A program made the translations under genes and the position numbers. Of a DNA stretch of 64,000 bases, positions 26,370 to 34,751 are shown piece after piece. How positions within the stretch are numbered: position 1 is the first letter of the stretch; each line of letters opens with the position of its first letter. A model generated the notes under the pieces. That model was not told where the DNA came from. It saw only the letters and a list, made by a program, of their open reading frames with translations, and ran no database searches. Origin of the DNA: an uncultured virus (IMG/VR IMGVR_UViG_3300020057_001237) (taxonomy: Duplodnaviria > Heunggongvirae > Uroviricota > Caudoviricetes); IMG/VR virus record IMGVR_UViG_3300020057_001237, one strand, 5' to 3'.

Positions 26370-26509
26370 GCAGCAATCTGACAACCTGTTGATATATAAG
26401 GCTTCTTTCTTATGCTGGTGGTGCTGGGGGGATCTTTAGACAGCAGCGAAACGGTCGATTTTAGTGTCTTTTTAGACCAGAGTGCCTACTCCTCCGATCC
26501 CCTAAAGGC

Positions 26510-26548
26510 AAAAAAAGGAGCCCTAGCCGCACCAACGGCTAGGGCTCC
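26510..26548 (-). terminator. Rho-independent terminator
   Basis: GGAGCCCTAGCCG/CGGCTAGGGCTCC 13-bp stem plus T7 on the - strand. Confidence 0.9.
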
Positions 26549-26569
26549 ACTTCGATTATACTCGAAGCG

Positions 26570-26833
26570 TTAGGCTGCCTTACGATTCTTGCTGTAGGGG
26601 TTGTATATACGTTTGTTCCACCCTGCGACCTTGTACTTAGCGTATGATCGACCGCTGTTAATCCACGAGATCCTTGCAACTGAGACGCCGAACTTGTCGG
26701 CAAGCTTGACTAATGTAGGATTTCGGTTCTTACGGGCTACGATGGCATTCTTGATGCGTAAGACCGTAGCTTCTGATAGACGATTCGCTTTCGTCTTCTT
26801 TCGCACTGTTTTCTTCTTAGTTTTCCTAGCCAA
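26570..26833 (-). CDS. Small basic helix-turn-helix DNA-binding protein
   Basis: Lys/Arg-rich N-terminus; TLVKLADKFGVSVARISWI HTH; AGGAG RBS before TTG. Confidence 0.75.
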   Translation of the reverse strand: MARKTKKKTVRKKTKANRLSEATVLRIKNAIVARKNRNPTLVKLADKFGVSVARISWINSGRSYAKYKVAGWNKRIYNPYSKNRKAA

Positions 26834-26847
26834 TTCGATTCTCCTAG

Positions 26848-27897
26848 TTATTTGATACCTTCAGGCACCGGAGCCACTAGCTCCTTTATCTTCTCCGTAA
26901 CGACCTCTGGATCTCCAGCACGCTCGTTCCAAACGATCTCGCCCTTTTTGTTGTAGATGACAGTGCCGAACACACCGCCCCACTCAGGAAATTTTGACGA
27001 GAGGTAGCCGTCGAAGAAACGGCTTTCCCACTGTTCCGATAGCACAGGATCTAGCACAAGACCAACATTTTTTTCAACATTTTCAGTATGTAGCAAAGTT
27101 AGCAAGCGAGGGAACCTTTGACTGAAATCCTCATCTTCGGGGTAGCCATTTTCTACGTTTATAAACTGACACTTTGGCTTCTGACAGAGGTCGAAGGCTT
27201 GCCCTGCCGCACTCCAAGCTCGCAACTCGTCGAAGCAGGACATACATAAGTCGCTGAAAGTATTGACCACTGTAAATTCTGCTCGTGCAAGCTTCTTGGA
27301 GAGCATCTCCGTGCTTGAGGGCGTGAAAAGCTTAAAATCCTTTTCAGGCTTAGGGTCCGTGTCTGGGAGGTCTTTCTTCGGTACGGACTCTTTAATGCGG
27401 GCAATCAGCTCGGGGACCGAAAAGCTGTCTTTATTGGTGTAGTGCCAAAGGGCTTCGCCGTCCTCTAAGAAGACTGCAAACGGTACGCCTACGTCTCCCT
27501 CTAGGTAAAAGCCTTTCAACGCAGCCCCTCGGTCGTCGATCCATTTCAAAAACGAAAAATTGTTTTGCAATGCGAAGTTCTTTACTGCTGGTGTCAAAGC
27601 AATTGGATCGGTGCTTACGGCAATGAGTTCGAACTCGTCGTTGCTGAAGGTTGAAGCAGTCACCGTGTCACGGATAACTTTCATTTTTTCTACGCAAGAC
27701 GTGCAGTTTTTAGAGTGGAAATAAAGTAGCAGCCACTTCTTCTTATAGTCTGGTATGATAACGTCTGCACCAGTTTCCAAATCAACGACCGTAGCTTTTT
27801 CCGTTTCCGGCGAAGCCGTCTTTTTCTTGTTCGGGAGCCGACTTGCACAGCCGTAGATTAACGACATCGCTACTACGATCTTCAACAATTTTTCCAT
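26848..27897 (-). CDS. Lipoprotein with two TlpA/ResA-like thioredoxin domains
   Basis: Lipobox IYGC; CTSC with GVP cis-Pro motif in domain 1; CMSC in domain 2; AGGAG RBS. Confidence 0.8.
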   Translation of the reverse strand: MEKLLKIVVAMSLIYGCASRLPNKKKTASPETEKATVVDLETGADVIIPDYKKKWLLLYFHSKNCTSCVEKMKVIRDTVTASTFSNDEFELIAVSTDPIALTPAVKNFALQNNFSFLKWIDDRGAALKGFYLEGDVGVPFAVFLEDGEALWHYTNKDSFSVPELIARIKESVPKKDLPDTDPKPEKDFKLFTPSSTEMLSKKLARAEFTVVNTFSDLCMSCFDELRAWSAAGQAFDLCQKPKCQFINVENGYPEDEDFSQRFPRLLTLLHTENVEKNVGLVLDPVLSEQWESRFFDGYLSSKFPEWGGVFGTVIYNKKGEIVWNERAGDPEVVTEKIKELVAPVPEGIK

Positions 27898-27910
27898 GGA
27901 GAGCACTCCT

Positions 27911-28468
27911 ATGAGTAAAGATAAAACACCCGAAGATCCAATTCTCGACCAACTGTTTTTCTATTTGAGCCACGCAAAGAATCTGCTCGAAGATAACCAC
28001 AAGCTTGCCCCTGTCATATTCGCTATTACGCCGTTTGGCACGCAAATCTTACCAGTCTATCATCCTGACGGTGAGGCTGCGGGCACGCTTGACCTTATCA
28101 GCAAAGTAATGACTGCTTATGATTGCACAGAATATTACATGATCGCCGACTCCAACCGAGTAGCGCACGACGATCAACTACAAGAGTGCATCAATTCGCT
28201 CTACGTCAGCCGTAAACTTCAAAGACTCCTTTGTTGGGACTACGGCAGATTCCGCCCGTCTAAAGAAGGTACTGACGTAATTCACTTCGAGGACGACCCC
28301 TACGAGGTCGCCGAACTCGACAAGATCGGGGGCTCCATCAACAAGCTCTTCTCACTGCTTGACCATACGCCAATGGAAGACCAAGAGAAAGAGCACCTCC
28401 GCATGATGTTCCCAATTCTTGACGCCGAAGAAATGATTGAGTTCAAAAATCAAGAGCACCTCTGTTGA
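27911..28468 (+). CDS. Hypothetical protein
   Basis: GGAGAG RBS before ATG 27911. Confidence 0.65.
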   Translation: MSKDKTPEDPILDQLFFYLSHAKNLLEDNHKLAPVIFAITPFGTQILPVYHPDGEAAGTLDLISKVMTAYDCTEYYMIADSNRVAHDDQLQECINSLYVSRKLQRLLCWDYGRFRPSKEGTDVIHFEDDPYEVAELDKIGGSINKLFSLLDHTPMEDQEKEHLRMMFPILDAEEMIEFKNQEHLC

Positions 28469-28493
28469 CAACAGAAAAAGGTGATCTTAAATT
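28465..28493 (+). promoter_or_regulatory. Sigma70-type promoter upstream of hsp20
   Basis: TTGACA-17-TAAATT. Confidence 0.7.
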
Positions 28494-28545
28494 ACACTCA
28501 GTAGAGAAATACTGGTGTAACAACTTATAATTTTTGGAGGAAGCC

Positions 28546-28902
28546 ATGCTTGCACTTCTGAAGAACGACCCATTTTCTGTTTTTGACCAAGTGTTCCCTT
28601 ACACTCAGTCGAGGTCCACGGCGAACTTTTCTTACGACGTGCGGGAGACTGAGGACGCTTGGTTCTACGAAGCTGATGTACCCGGAGCTTCAAAGGAGAC
28701 GACGGAAGTTTCTTTAAAAGGGAACCGCTTAGACGTTACGGCTGTGAGGACAGTCAACGGAAAGGAGTTCAAATACTCCGGCTCGTTTGTTGTACCTTCT
28801 CAACACAAGAAAGAAGCGGTGAAGGCAACTGTCGAGCACGGAGTCCTCCGTATCGAGCTGCCTAAAGCACAACCAGACGTTGCCAAGATTCCAGTATCTT
28901 AA
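28546..28902 (+). CDS. Small heat-shock protein (Hsp20)
   Basis: DVRETEDA...ADVPG...ATVEHGVLRIELPK alpha-crystallin motifs; GGAGG RBS. Confidence 0.92.
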   Translation: MLALLKNDPFSVFDQVFPYTQSRSTANFSYDVRETEDAWFYEADVPGASKETTEVSLKGNRLDVTAVRTVNGKEFKYSGSFVVPSQHKKEAVKATVEHGVLRIELPKAQPDVAKIPVS

Positions 28903-28926
28903 CTTTCTTGACGATAAACGGTATCG

Positions 28927-28955
28927 AAGCTACCCTAAGTTAGGGTAGCTTTTTT
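28927..28955 (+). terminator. Rho-independent terminator
   Basis: AAGCTACCCTA-AGT-TAGGGTAGCTT plus T-tract. Confidence 0.85.
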
Positions 28956-28971
28956 CTTTCTGGTGGTAAAA

Positions 28972-29379
28972 ATGGGTCCTAAAACAAAAGATAGTGAAGT
29001 GATCCAAAGCGCCGGAGTCTTAGTCACCTGCGGCAACAAAGTGTTGCTTCTGAAGTCGTACCGAGACTTTGATTTACCTAAAGGTAAGATCGAAAAGGGG
29101 GAGACCGAAGAGCAAGCCGCACGGCGGGAGCTTCGGGAGGAGACCGGGATCGACAACGTAACCTTTTCGTCGTTGGTACCTCTGAAGATCAACTACCCTT
29201 TGAAGAACCCTAAGAAGAAAAAAATCGTCTACATTTTCTTTGGTGAAGTACCAACCGAGACCGTCATCTTGAGCAGAGAGCACCAAGGGTATAAATGGGT
29301 GACCATTGAGGAAGCCATCCGGCTTTTGCCTGAGCGATTCATTGAGTTACAACAATTTCTCTCAAGGAAAGCATCATGA
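28972..29379 (+). CDS. Nudix hydrolase (Ap4A-hydrolase-like)
   Basis: Nudix box PKGKIEKGETEEQAARRELREETGI; LSREHQGYKW. Confidence 0.9.
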   Translation: MGPKTKDSEVIQSAGVLVTCGNKVLLLKSYRDFDLPKGKIEKGETEEQAARRELREETGIDNVTFSSLVPLKINYPLKNPKKKKIVYIFFGEVPTETVILSREHQGYKWVTIEEAIRLLPERFIELQQFLSRKAS

Positions 29380-29567
29380 CTAAGAAGAAAAAAGAATCCG
29401 CTACTGAAGTGTTGTTTGAGGTCGCCGAGACCGTCATAGAGACGGTGGTACTAGGATCTAGTTGGGTAAGTCGTTTTTTCGTAGGTACTGGTCGTTGTTT
29501 CGTTCTTGTTTTTGACTTAGTAGTCATAGTTGCAGGCTCTTTTTTTGAGTTCATTGACTTTGATTGA
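29376..29567 (+). CDS. Small hydrophobic protein
   Basis: ATGA coupling to the Nudix gene; hydrophobic C-terminal half. Confidence 0.45.
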   Translation: MTKKKKESATEVLFEVAETVIETVVLGSSWVSRFFVGTGRCFVLVFDLVVIVAGSFFEFIDFD

Positions 29568-29614
29568 GAACTGGTTGACCTTAGATTAACTCAAACTTCT
29601 AGGAGGGTTAATCA

Positions 29615-30058
29615 ATGGTAATTCCAGTGAAAGAGTTGCTCCTCGCCGTCTCCGTTTCCGCCTTCACCTACGCCCCTAAACCCAACACCACTAAAACGCC
29701 TGGACACCTTTGTACGGACGAGAATCCAGACTTCGAAGAGTACCGTTACGATGAAGAAATCCCCTACTGTCACCGTAATGTAAGTGAAGCCCGCAAACGG
29801 AAAATTTACGAAAGCTACGGTGTTCCTGAGGACGAGCGTGGCGACTACACCATCGACCACCTAATTCCTCTGTCAATCGGCGGCTCCAACGAGCCCTCCA
29901 ACTTATGGTCGGAGCACAAAAGGGTCAAAGCCACACGTCCTTCAACCGAGACCGATATCTTTTTGGCAGTCAAGGACGGTCGCATGACACAAGACGAGGC
30001 TGTGGAGTTCATCCTTCGGTGCAAGTTTTTAATAGCAACCTGCGACGTACCAGATTGA
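29615..30058 (+). CDS. Putative exported HNH-family nuclease
   Basis: Signal-like ELLLAVSVSAF; IDHLIPLSIGGSNEPSNLW HNH motif; the start may be GTG 29627. Confidence 0.7.
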   Translation: MVIPVKELLLAVSVSAFTYAPKPNTTKTPGHLCTDENPDFEEYRYDEEIPYCHRNVSEARKRKIYESYGVPEDERGDYTIDHLIPLSIGGSNEPSNLWSEHKRVKATRPSTETDIFLAVKDGRMTQDEAVEFILRCKFLIATCDVPD

Positions 30059-30097
30059 ATATAGCTTTTCTATACACTTACGTTTATTATCGAGCTT

Positions 30098-30679
30098 ATG
30101 ACCTTACCATCAAATCCAGAAGAAACAGATAGGCTGATTACGGAGCGTCCTGGTGACGACCTCTTCGCTCGCATCAAACACTATCTTGTAGACGTAGACG
30201 CAAAGTCCAAAGACATCCGAGAGAAACTCGTTAGGGTTATCTTGGACGACTTAATAGTTGACCATGCCCTCGCCAATGCTCTTGACGACGTAGGTGCGGT
30301 GCTTGAGTACCAAGCTCAAAATGAAGGCATCGAACGCCCGCGTTTCAACGGCAGCCAGCTTATTAAAGACACCGAGCGTTTGGGTAAGATCAAGTTCGCT
30401 TCGAACATTTGTTCTATCTTAGAACTTGACGAAGAGACAACTCGACTGCTTCTACAGGCGGAAGTCGAAAGGGTTTGGTTTGACCACCACGGCAGGTCTG
30501 ATACACAGAAGCTAAAATCTGCAATCACTCATTTGCAACTACCAGAAGATGTGTCAAGATTGCTCCAAGACGTAGCCAAAAGTTTGAAGTCAAGGAGTGG
30601 TAATGACAAACATGGAAGAACAGCTTCAGCAGCTAATAAACCAGACGCCGGACGAACGTCTAGCCGAACTAAGAAATAG
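30098..30679 (+). CDS. Hypothetical protein
   Basis: 193-aa ORF; no motif recognised. Confidence 0.55.
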   Translation: MTLPSNPEETDRLITERPGDDLFARIKHYLVDVDAKSKDIREKLVRVILDDLIVDHALANALDDVGAVLEYQAQNEGIERPRFNGSQLIKDTERLGKIKFASNICSILELDEETTRLLLQAEVERVWFDHHGRSDTQKLKSAITHLQLPEDVSRLLQDVAKSLKSRSGNDKHGRTASAANKPDAGRTSSRTKK

Positions 30680-31448
30680 AGCCGCCGAAGAACGGGCTAA
30701 AGAGCTTGAGGAGAAGCGTGCTTACGCCGCATCTTTTGCTCGGCAGCTAGAGGAAGATCTCGCAGAAGAAGCCGCTAAACAGTCGCCAGTCCAAAGTAAT
30801 GCCACGCCGGGAATGGACTACATCCGAGACAACTCTTACGTCGCCCGAGAGCAGATGGAAGAGAAATTAAAAGAACCATTATCGCCACCACCTCCGCCAC
30901 AGGAAATTCCAGCGGTAAGAGGTCTTGTTTATCTCGGCTACAATTTTGGTGGAGATGTCGCACCTTGGGTCAAGCCTCTCAGTGAGGCACTGAATCAAAA
31001 CGAATATGTCCCGTTCTCGCCGAGAGACAACGAATACCCCAACCTGCTTGAACTAGCCGTGCAACAAAAGTCATGCCGCTTAGTAAGTGCCGTCTGCCGG
31101 TTTTTAAAGCTGCCCGAAAATTTAACTCTGCCGTCATCAAGCTCAATTATCCAAACAAGTATGCAAAGAGCATTGTCGGAAGGCTCGACCTTGGATCTCT
31201 TTGTGTTCCGAGACCTTTATTACTTAAGCAGATCGGACATGATCGTAGCGGATTTAATCGGCGAGCCGACTCCTGATCTTATTCAAAGGCTTATGTACGC
31301 TCGCTTCTTGGACATACCAGTTGTCGGTATCGGACCTGCGGGCGGCTACCTCAACCCATTCGTCCAAAAAATGTGCAAGGTAGTTCTCACAGATGAGTTC
31401 AATGTGGCGAATATCATGCCATTAATTAGGGCTTACTGTTCATCTTAA
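30603..31448 (+). CDS. Coiled-coil N-terminus plus nucleoside 2-deoxyribosyltransferase-like domain (catalytic Glu absent)
   Basis: VYLGYNF...RDLYYLSRSDMIVADL...DLIQRLMYARFLDIPVV parallels NDT IYLAGPF...DL..I..AD.VVA...GTxxELGYA..GKPV; AGGAG RBS. Confidence 0.55.
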   Translation: MTNMEEQLQQLINQTPDERLAELRNRAAEERAKELEEKRAYAASFARQLEEDLAEEAAKQSPVQSNATPGMDYIRDNSYVAREQMEEKLKEPLSPPPPPQEIPAVRGLVYLGYNFGGDVAPWVKPLSEALNQNEYVPFSPRDNEYPNLLELAVQQKSCRLVSAVCRFLKLPENLTLPSSSSIIQTSMQRALSEGSTLDLFVFRDLYYLSRSDMIVADLIGEPTPDLIQRLMYARFLDIPVVGIGPAGGYLNPFVQKMCKVVLTDEFNVANIMPLIRAYCSS

Positions 31449-31472
31449 AACATCAAGAAGATTACGTCTCCT

Positions 31473-34400
31473 ATGGTTGACATCGGTCCATTATACGATC
31501 TTGAAAAATTCAAAGAGTCCAGGTTTCAGACATTTAACCATGGGGTTCGTGTCTATATCTATGGATCTAATATCTCGGCGTGGATTAAAGGTGGCGTCAG
31601 CGTCACCTATAACAACCGAGACAGCTACAACACGGCGAGCTTCGAACTTAGTAACCCGCATAAAATCTGGCAACTTACACCTGACAATCTAGCGGGGAAC
31701 TTCAATTTGAACGTCAGCGAATTTTCCGAAGGACCAAAGCAGAAGATTTTCGTCCGCAAAAATGATCCCGACGTTAATCCCTATTTCACTTTAGACGTAA
31801 CGAAGTCAGAGCTTGGTGGAAAGCAACGCAATACCGCTTTCAAGTCGGAAGGAAAAACACCTCTTCTAGCCCCAACTTTAAGCCAGGAGCGGCGTTACCG
31901 TCTTGCTGTCAACGATGCCATTTTTAACAAAGGCGACCACGCCCGCATCTTCATCAAGAATCCCTACCGTGCTAACGACAACGAATGGATGGAGGTTTTC
32001 TGCGGCTTCGTACAAGACTGTCTTGTGTCTACCGACTTCAAGACCGGTGAAAGCACAGTTAAGATTGCGCTGTCGTGCATCAAGCAGCAAATGGCAAAGA
32101 TGCGTGTGCAGACAAACATCCACACCGGCAGTATTGACCCGCAGCCATTGTTATCGGATTCCTTCTACCAAGACTTTATTAACGCCGGTATCTACACGCA
32201 CCCCTTCGCCGTCTCAAGCCTTGAACAGACAATTAAGACGCTTGTTTTGGGTACACCGAACCCTCCTCGGAATGAAAATCTGACGGAGGTCAACACTAAC
32301 GGCGTCGGTACCTTCAAGCTTGGTAACGTCGTCTGCTACGACGCGAACGCTCCAGGCAACCTGCTCGAACGTTGGCATCTCATGACGATGTTCGGTGTAA
32401 ACAAAAGTGCATTCCCCTCAGGCTTTAATGAAAACCTGTGGCTCTCGGCGAAAGAAATGAACGCCATCGGTGAGGCGACATATCCACACTTAAATCCTAT
32501 TTGTGCAGGACCGACAGGTCGCTACTTGCACATGCTTCTTCCTAAAACCGGTACTGGACCGGGGAGTCTTGCCTCACACGAAGTCGCAAAGGATGTGACC
32601 GACAAACGTGAATGGTCGTCTAGGTGGGAAGTCATCAGAGAATTTGCGTCAAAGCTTGACTTTCAAGTTATGACTTCGCCGTCAGGGGACATCCTCGTAG
32701 AATTTCCGCAGTACGGCTTCACGCCTTGTATTTACAAAAACAAACCACTTACGGAGTGTAATACACCAACCGGTTGGGCGTCAGTTTTCACTTTCGATCT
32801 ACATCAAAAGGAAGAGACACTTAACGACGAAGCAGAAGACTTCCCGACGCTCCTTACGGTAGGTGGTGGGCAAGCAAACTCAAAAGTCGATCCGCAAGTT
32901 GGTGCGAACTACCAGCCACGGGCATACATCTTTTCACCGCCTCTCGTCAGCCGTTACGGCGTTATCTCGGAAGAGTACAGCGTCCCCTACGCAGGGCAAA
33001 AGGACACCGACGTAGGCTCCGGTCCCAACAGTCCTCTGACAAAGCGATTGGCTCAGCTCGGTTTAATTGAGTACACAAAACGGCTAGCGAATGCGTCGTC
33101 GTGGTCGGGAAGCTGTGTCTTCCGTCCCTTTATTTTTCCAAATCGACCCATTGAATTGAAAAGAACCGCACGGGTAGGGAACATCACTTCGGTTACTAAC
33201 ACCTGGAATGTTCCCGTAAGTGCGGAGACCTCGTTCAACCTCAACTGCCTTATGTATCTTCGCTACAGCTCGGACGGCAGCTTAGACTATAGGCTGCTGA
33301 CCGGTGCGACCAATATGCCGATTGATTACGCCTCAATATGGGGAGCCAACGGCATTCAAACCGCTGTCGATCAAGGTAATGTTGGCGACGTAGACGTTAG
33401 CGATCCGCAGAAATTCATGGGCGTCAACGAGCTGAATAAAGCCGATCCTGATTATGTTTTGGAGCTAGTTAAGAAGTTTGAAGGCTACCGAGCTAAGGAA
33501 TACCTAGACGCCGCAGGACGTCCGACGATTGGCTATGGTCACTTAATCAAAGCACCTGAAACGACCAAAAAGATCTTAAGCAAGTATGATAAGGATGGCG
33601 ACAAGAGTCTCTCCGTACCAGAAGCTACGGCACTCTTCCGACTCGACATCGCTCAACATCAGTCGTTCAGGGCAAAGATCAAGTTCCCTCTGACCTCGTT
33701 GCAGGAAGCAGCTTTGACCTCGCTTGAGTACAACGTCGGTGGCTCCACTCCTATTTGGGACACCTTAATACCTTACATCAACAATAAACAATTTAAGGAA
33801 GCAGCCGACTGGATCGCGAATGCTCCTTATGGTCGTAACATTAAGCTCAAAGATGCTAGTACGGGTAAGTATGTTTCGAAACCTTTAGAGCCGCTTATTA
33901 GAAGACGGCTTTTGGAACGTTCCCTATTTTTAGAGGGTTCTGACCTCGTTGCATCGAATGCACCCACTGATCCGAAAAACCAGCCATTCGCAGCTTCATC
34001 TTCCTCAGGGGGAGGTGCCGCACCGTCAGTGCCTAAGGTAGGCGACGAAGCTATCTCCGCAGCCGGTACCGGCGTACACGCAAAGACGGGTTCTAACCAG
34101 CAGGGTAGCAGTTCAGCAAAAGAAGCACCGTCGTCTGGTGACGCGAAGTCTAAAGGCAAAGTGAAAGCGAAACCTAACGTTTCCCTTGGCGGTCTCTACC
34201 CACCTTTCGGGGACAGAATAGGAACGTTGCTTGCCGAAGCAGCCAATAGAAATATTGATGCCTACGCAGGTGACACACGTCGAAGTCCCAATCAGCAATC
34301 GAGTGCCACCGAGAGCGATCAGTTCTATTTCTTACATCGGTTCGGTTTAGCGGCGGACATTTACATCAGAGGCAAAAGCGGATCAAAAGGCTACTCGACT

Positions 34401-34748
34401 AACCTCGCCGACTATGAACCGCTCGGTACCATCATGTTGGACAACAGCTTAGAGCTTGATTGGGCAGGGTCGGGAGCGCCGTGGCATTTTGAAGCTCCTA
34501 AGTCGTGGATCTCACCCAACACAGCAAGTGCTATTTTTGAAGGCGCTAAAGAGCAAGGAAAATCTGACTCTGAAGCTGTGGAAGAAGTTTGGAGAGCCAT
34601 TGATGCGAGCACGCCAGGACTTAAAACTCCCGAGCAAGACAAACCAGCAGTTACCGGAGCCGCACCTATAGGTGGCGACAGCGGCTTAGGTGAAGCAGCT
34701 TCACCTTGTACCGAATCTCTTCTCGAAACTCCGGGATATAGAGGATAA
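31473..34748 (+). CDS. Baseplate hub-like protein fused to a GH24 lysozyme and an M15-peptidase-like domain
   Basis: N-terminal hub-like region (ASFELSN; SRYGV; NITSVTNTW); lysozyme FEGYRAKEYLDAAGRPTIGYGH, SLEYNVG, RRRLLERSLF; C-terminal LHRFGLAADI...WHFE. Confidence 0.8.
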   Translation: MVDIGPLYDLEKFKESRFQTFNHGVRVYIYGSNISAWIKGGVSVTYNNRDSYNTASFELSNPHKIWQLTPDNLAGNFNLNVSEFSEGPKQKIFVRKNDPDVNPYFTLDVTKSELGGKQRNTAFKSEGKTPLLAPTLSQERRYRLAVNDAIFNKGDHARIFIKNPYRANDNEWMEVFCGFVQDCLVSTDFKTGESTVKIALSCIKQQMAKMRVQTNIHTGSIDPQPLLSDSFYQDFINAGIYTHPFAVSSLEQTIKTLVLGTPNPPRNENLTEVNTNGVGTFKLGNVVCYDANAPGNLLERWHLMTMFGVNKSAFPSGFNENLWLSAKEMNAIGEATYPHLNPICAGPTGRYLHMLLPKTGTGPGSLASHEVAKDVTDKREWSSRWEVIREFASKLDFQVMTSPSGDILVEFPQYGFTPCIYKNKPLTECNTPTGWASVFTFDLHQKEETLNDEAEDFPTLLTVGGGQANSKVDPQVGANYQPRAYIFSPPLVSRYGVISEEYSVPYAGQKDTDVGSGPNSPLTKRLAQLGLIEYTKRLANASSWSGSCVFRPFIFPNRPIELKRTARVGNITSVTNTWNVPVSAETSFNLNCLMYLRYSSDGSLDYRLLTGATNMPIDYASIWGANGIQTAVDQGNVGDVDVSDPQKFMGVNELNKADPDYVLELVKKFEGYRAKEYLDAAGRPTIGYGHLIKAPETTKKILSKYDKDGDKSLSVPEATALFRLDIAQHQSFRAKIKFPLTSLQEAALTSLEYNVGGSTPIWDTLIPYINNKQFKEAADWIANAPYGRNIKLKDASTGKYVSKPLEPLIRRRLLERSLFLEGSDLVASNAPTDPKNQPFAASSSSGGGAAPSVPKVGDEAISAAGTGVHAKTGSNQQGSSSAKEAPSSGDAKSKGKVKAKPNVSLGGLYPPFGDRIGTLLAEAANRNIDAYAGDTRRSPNQQSSATESDQFYFLHRFGLAADIYIRGKSGSKGYSTNLADYEPLGTIMLDNSLELDWAGSGAPWHFEAPKSWISPNTASAIFEGAKEQGKSDSEAVEEVWRAIDASTPGLKTPEQDKPAVTGAAPIGGDSGLGEAASPCTESLLETPGYRG

Positions 34749-34751
34749 AGC

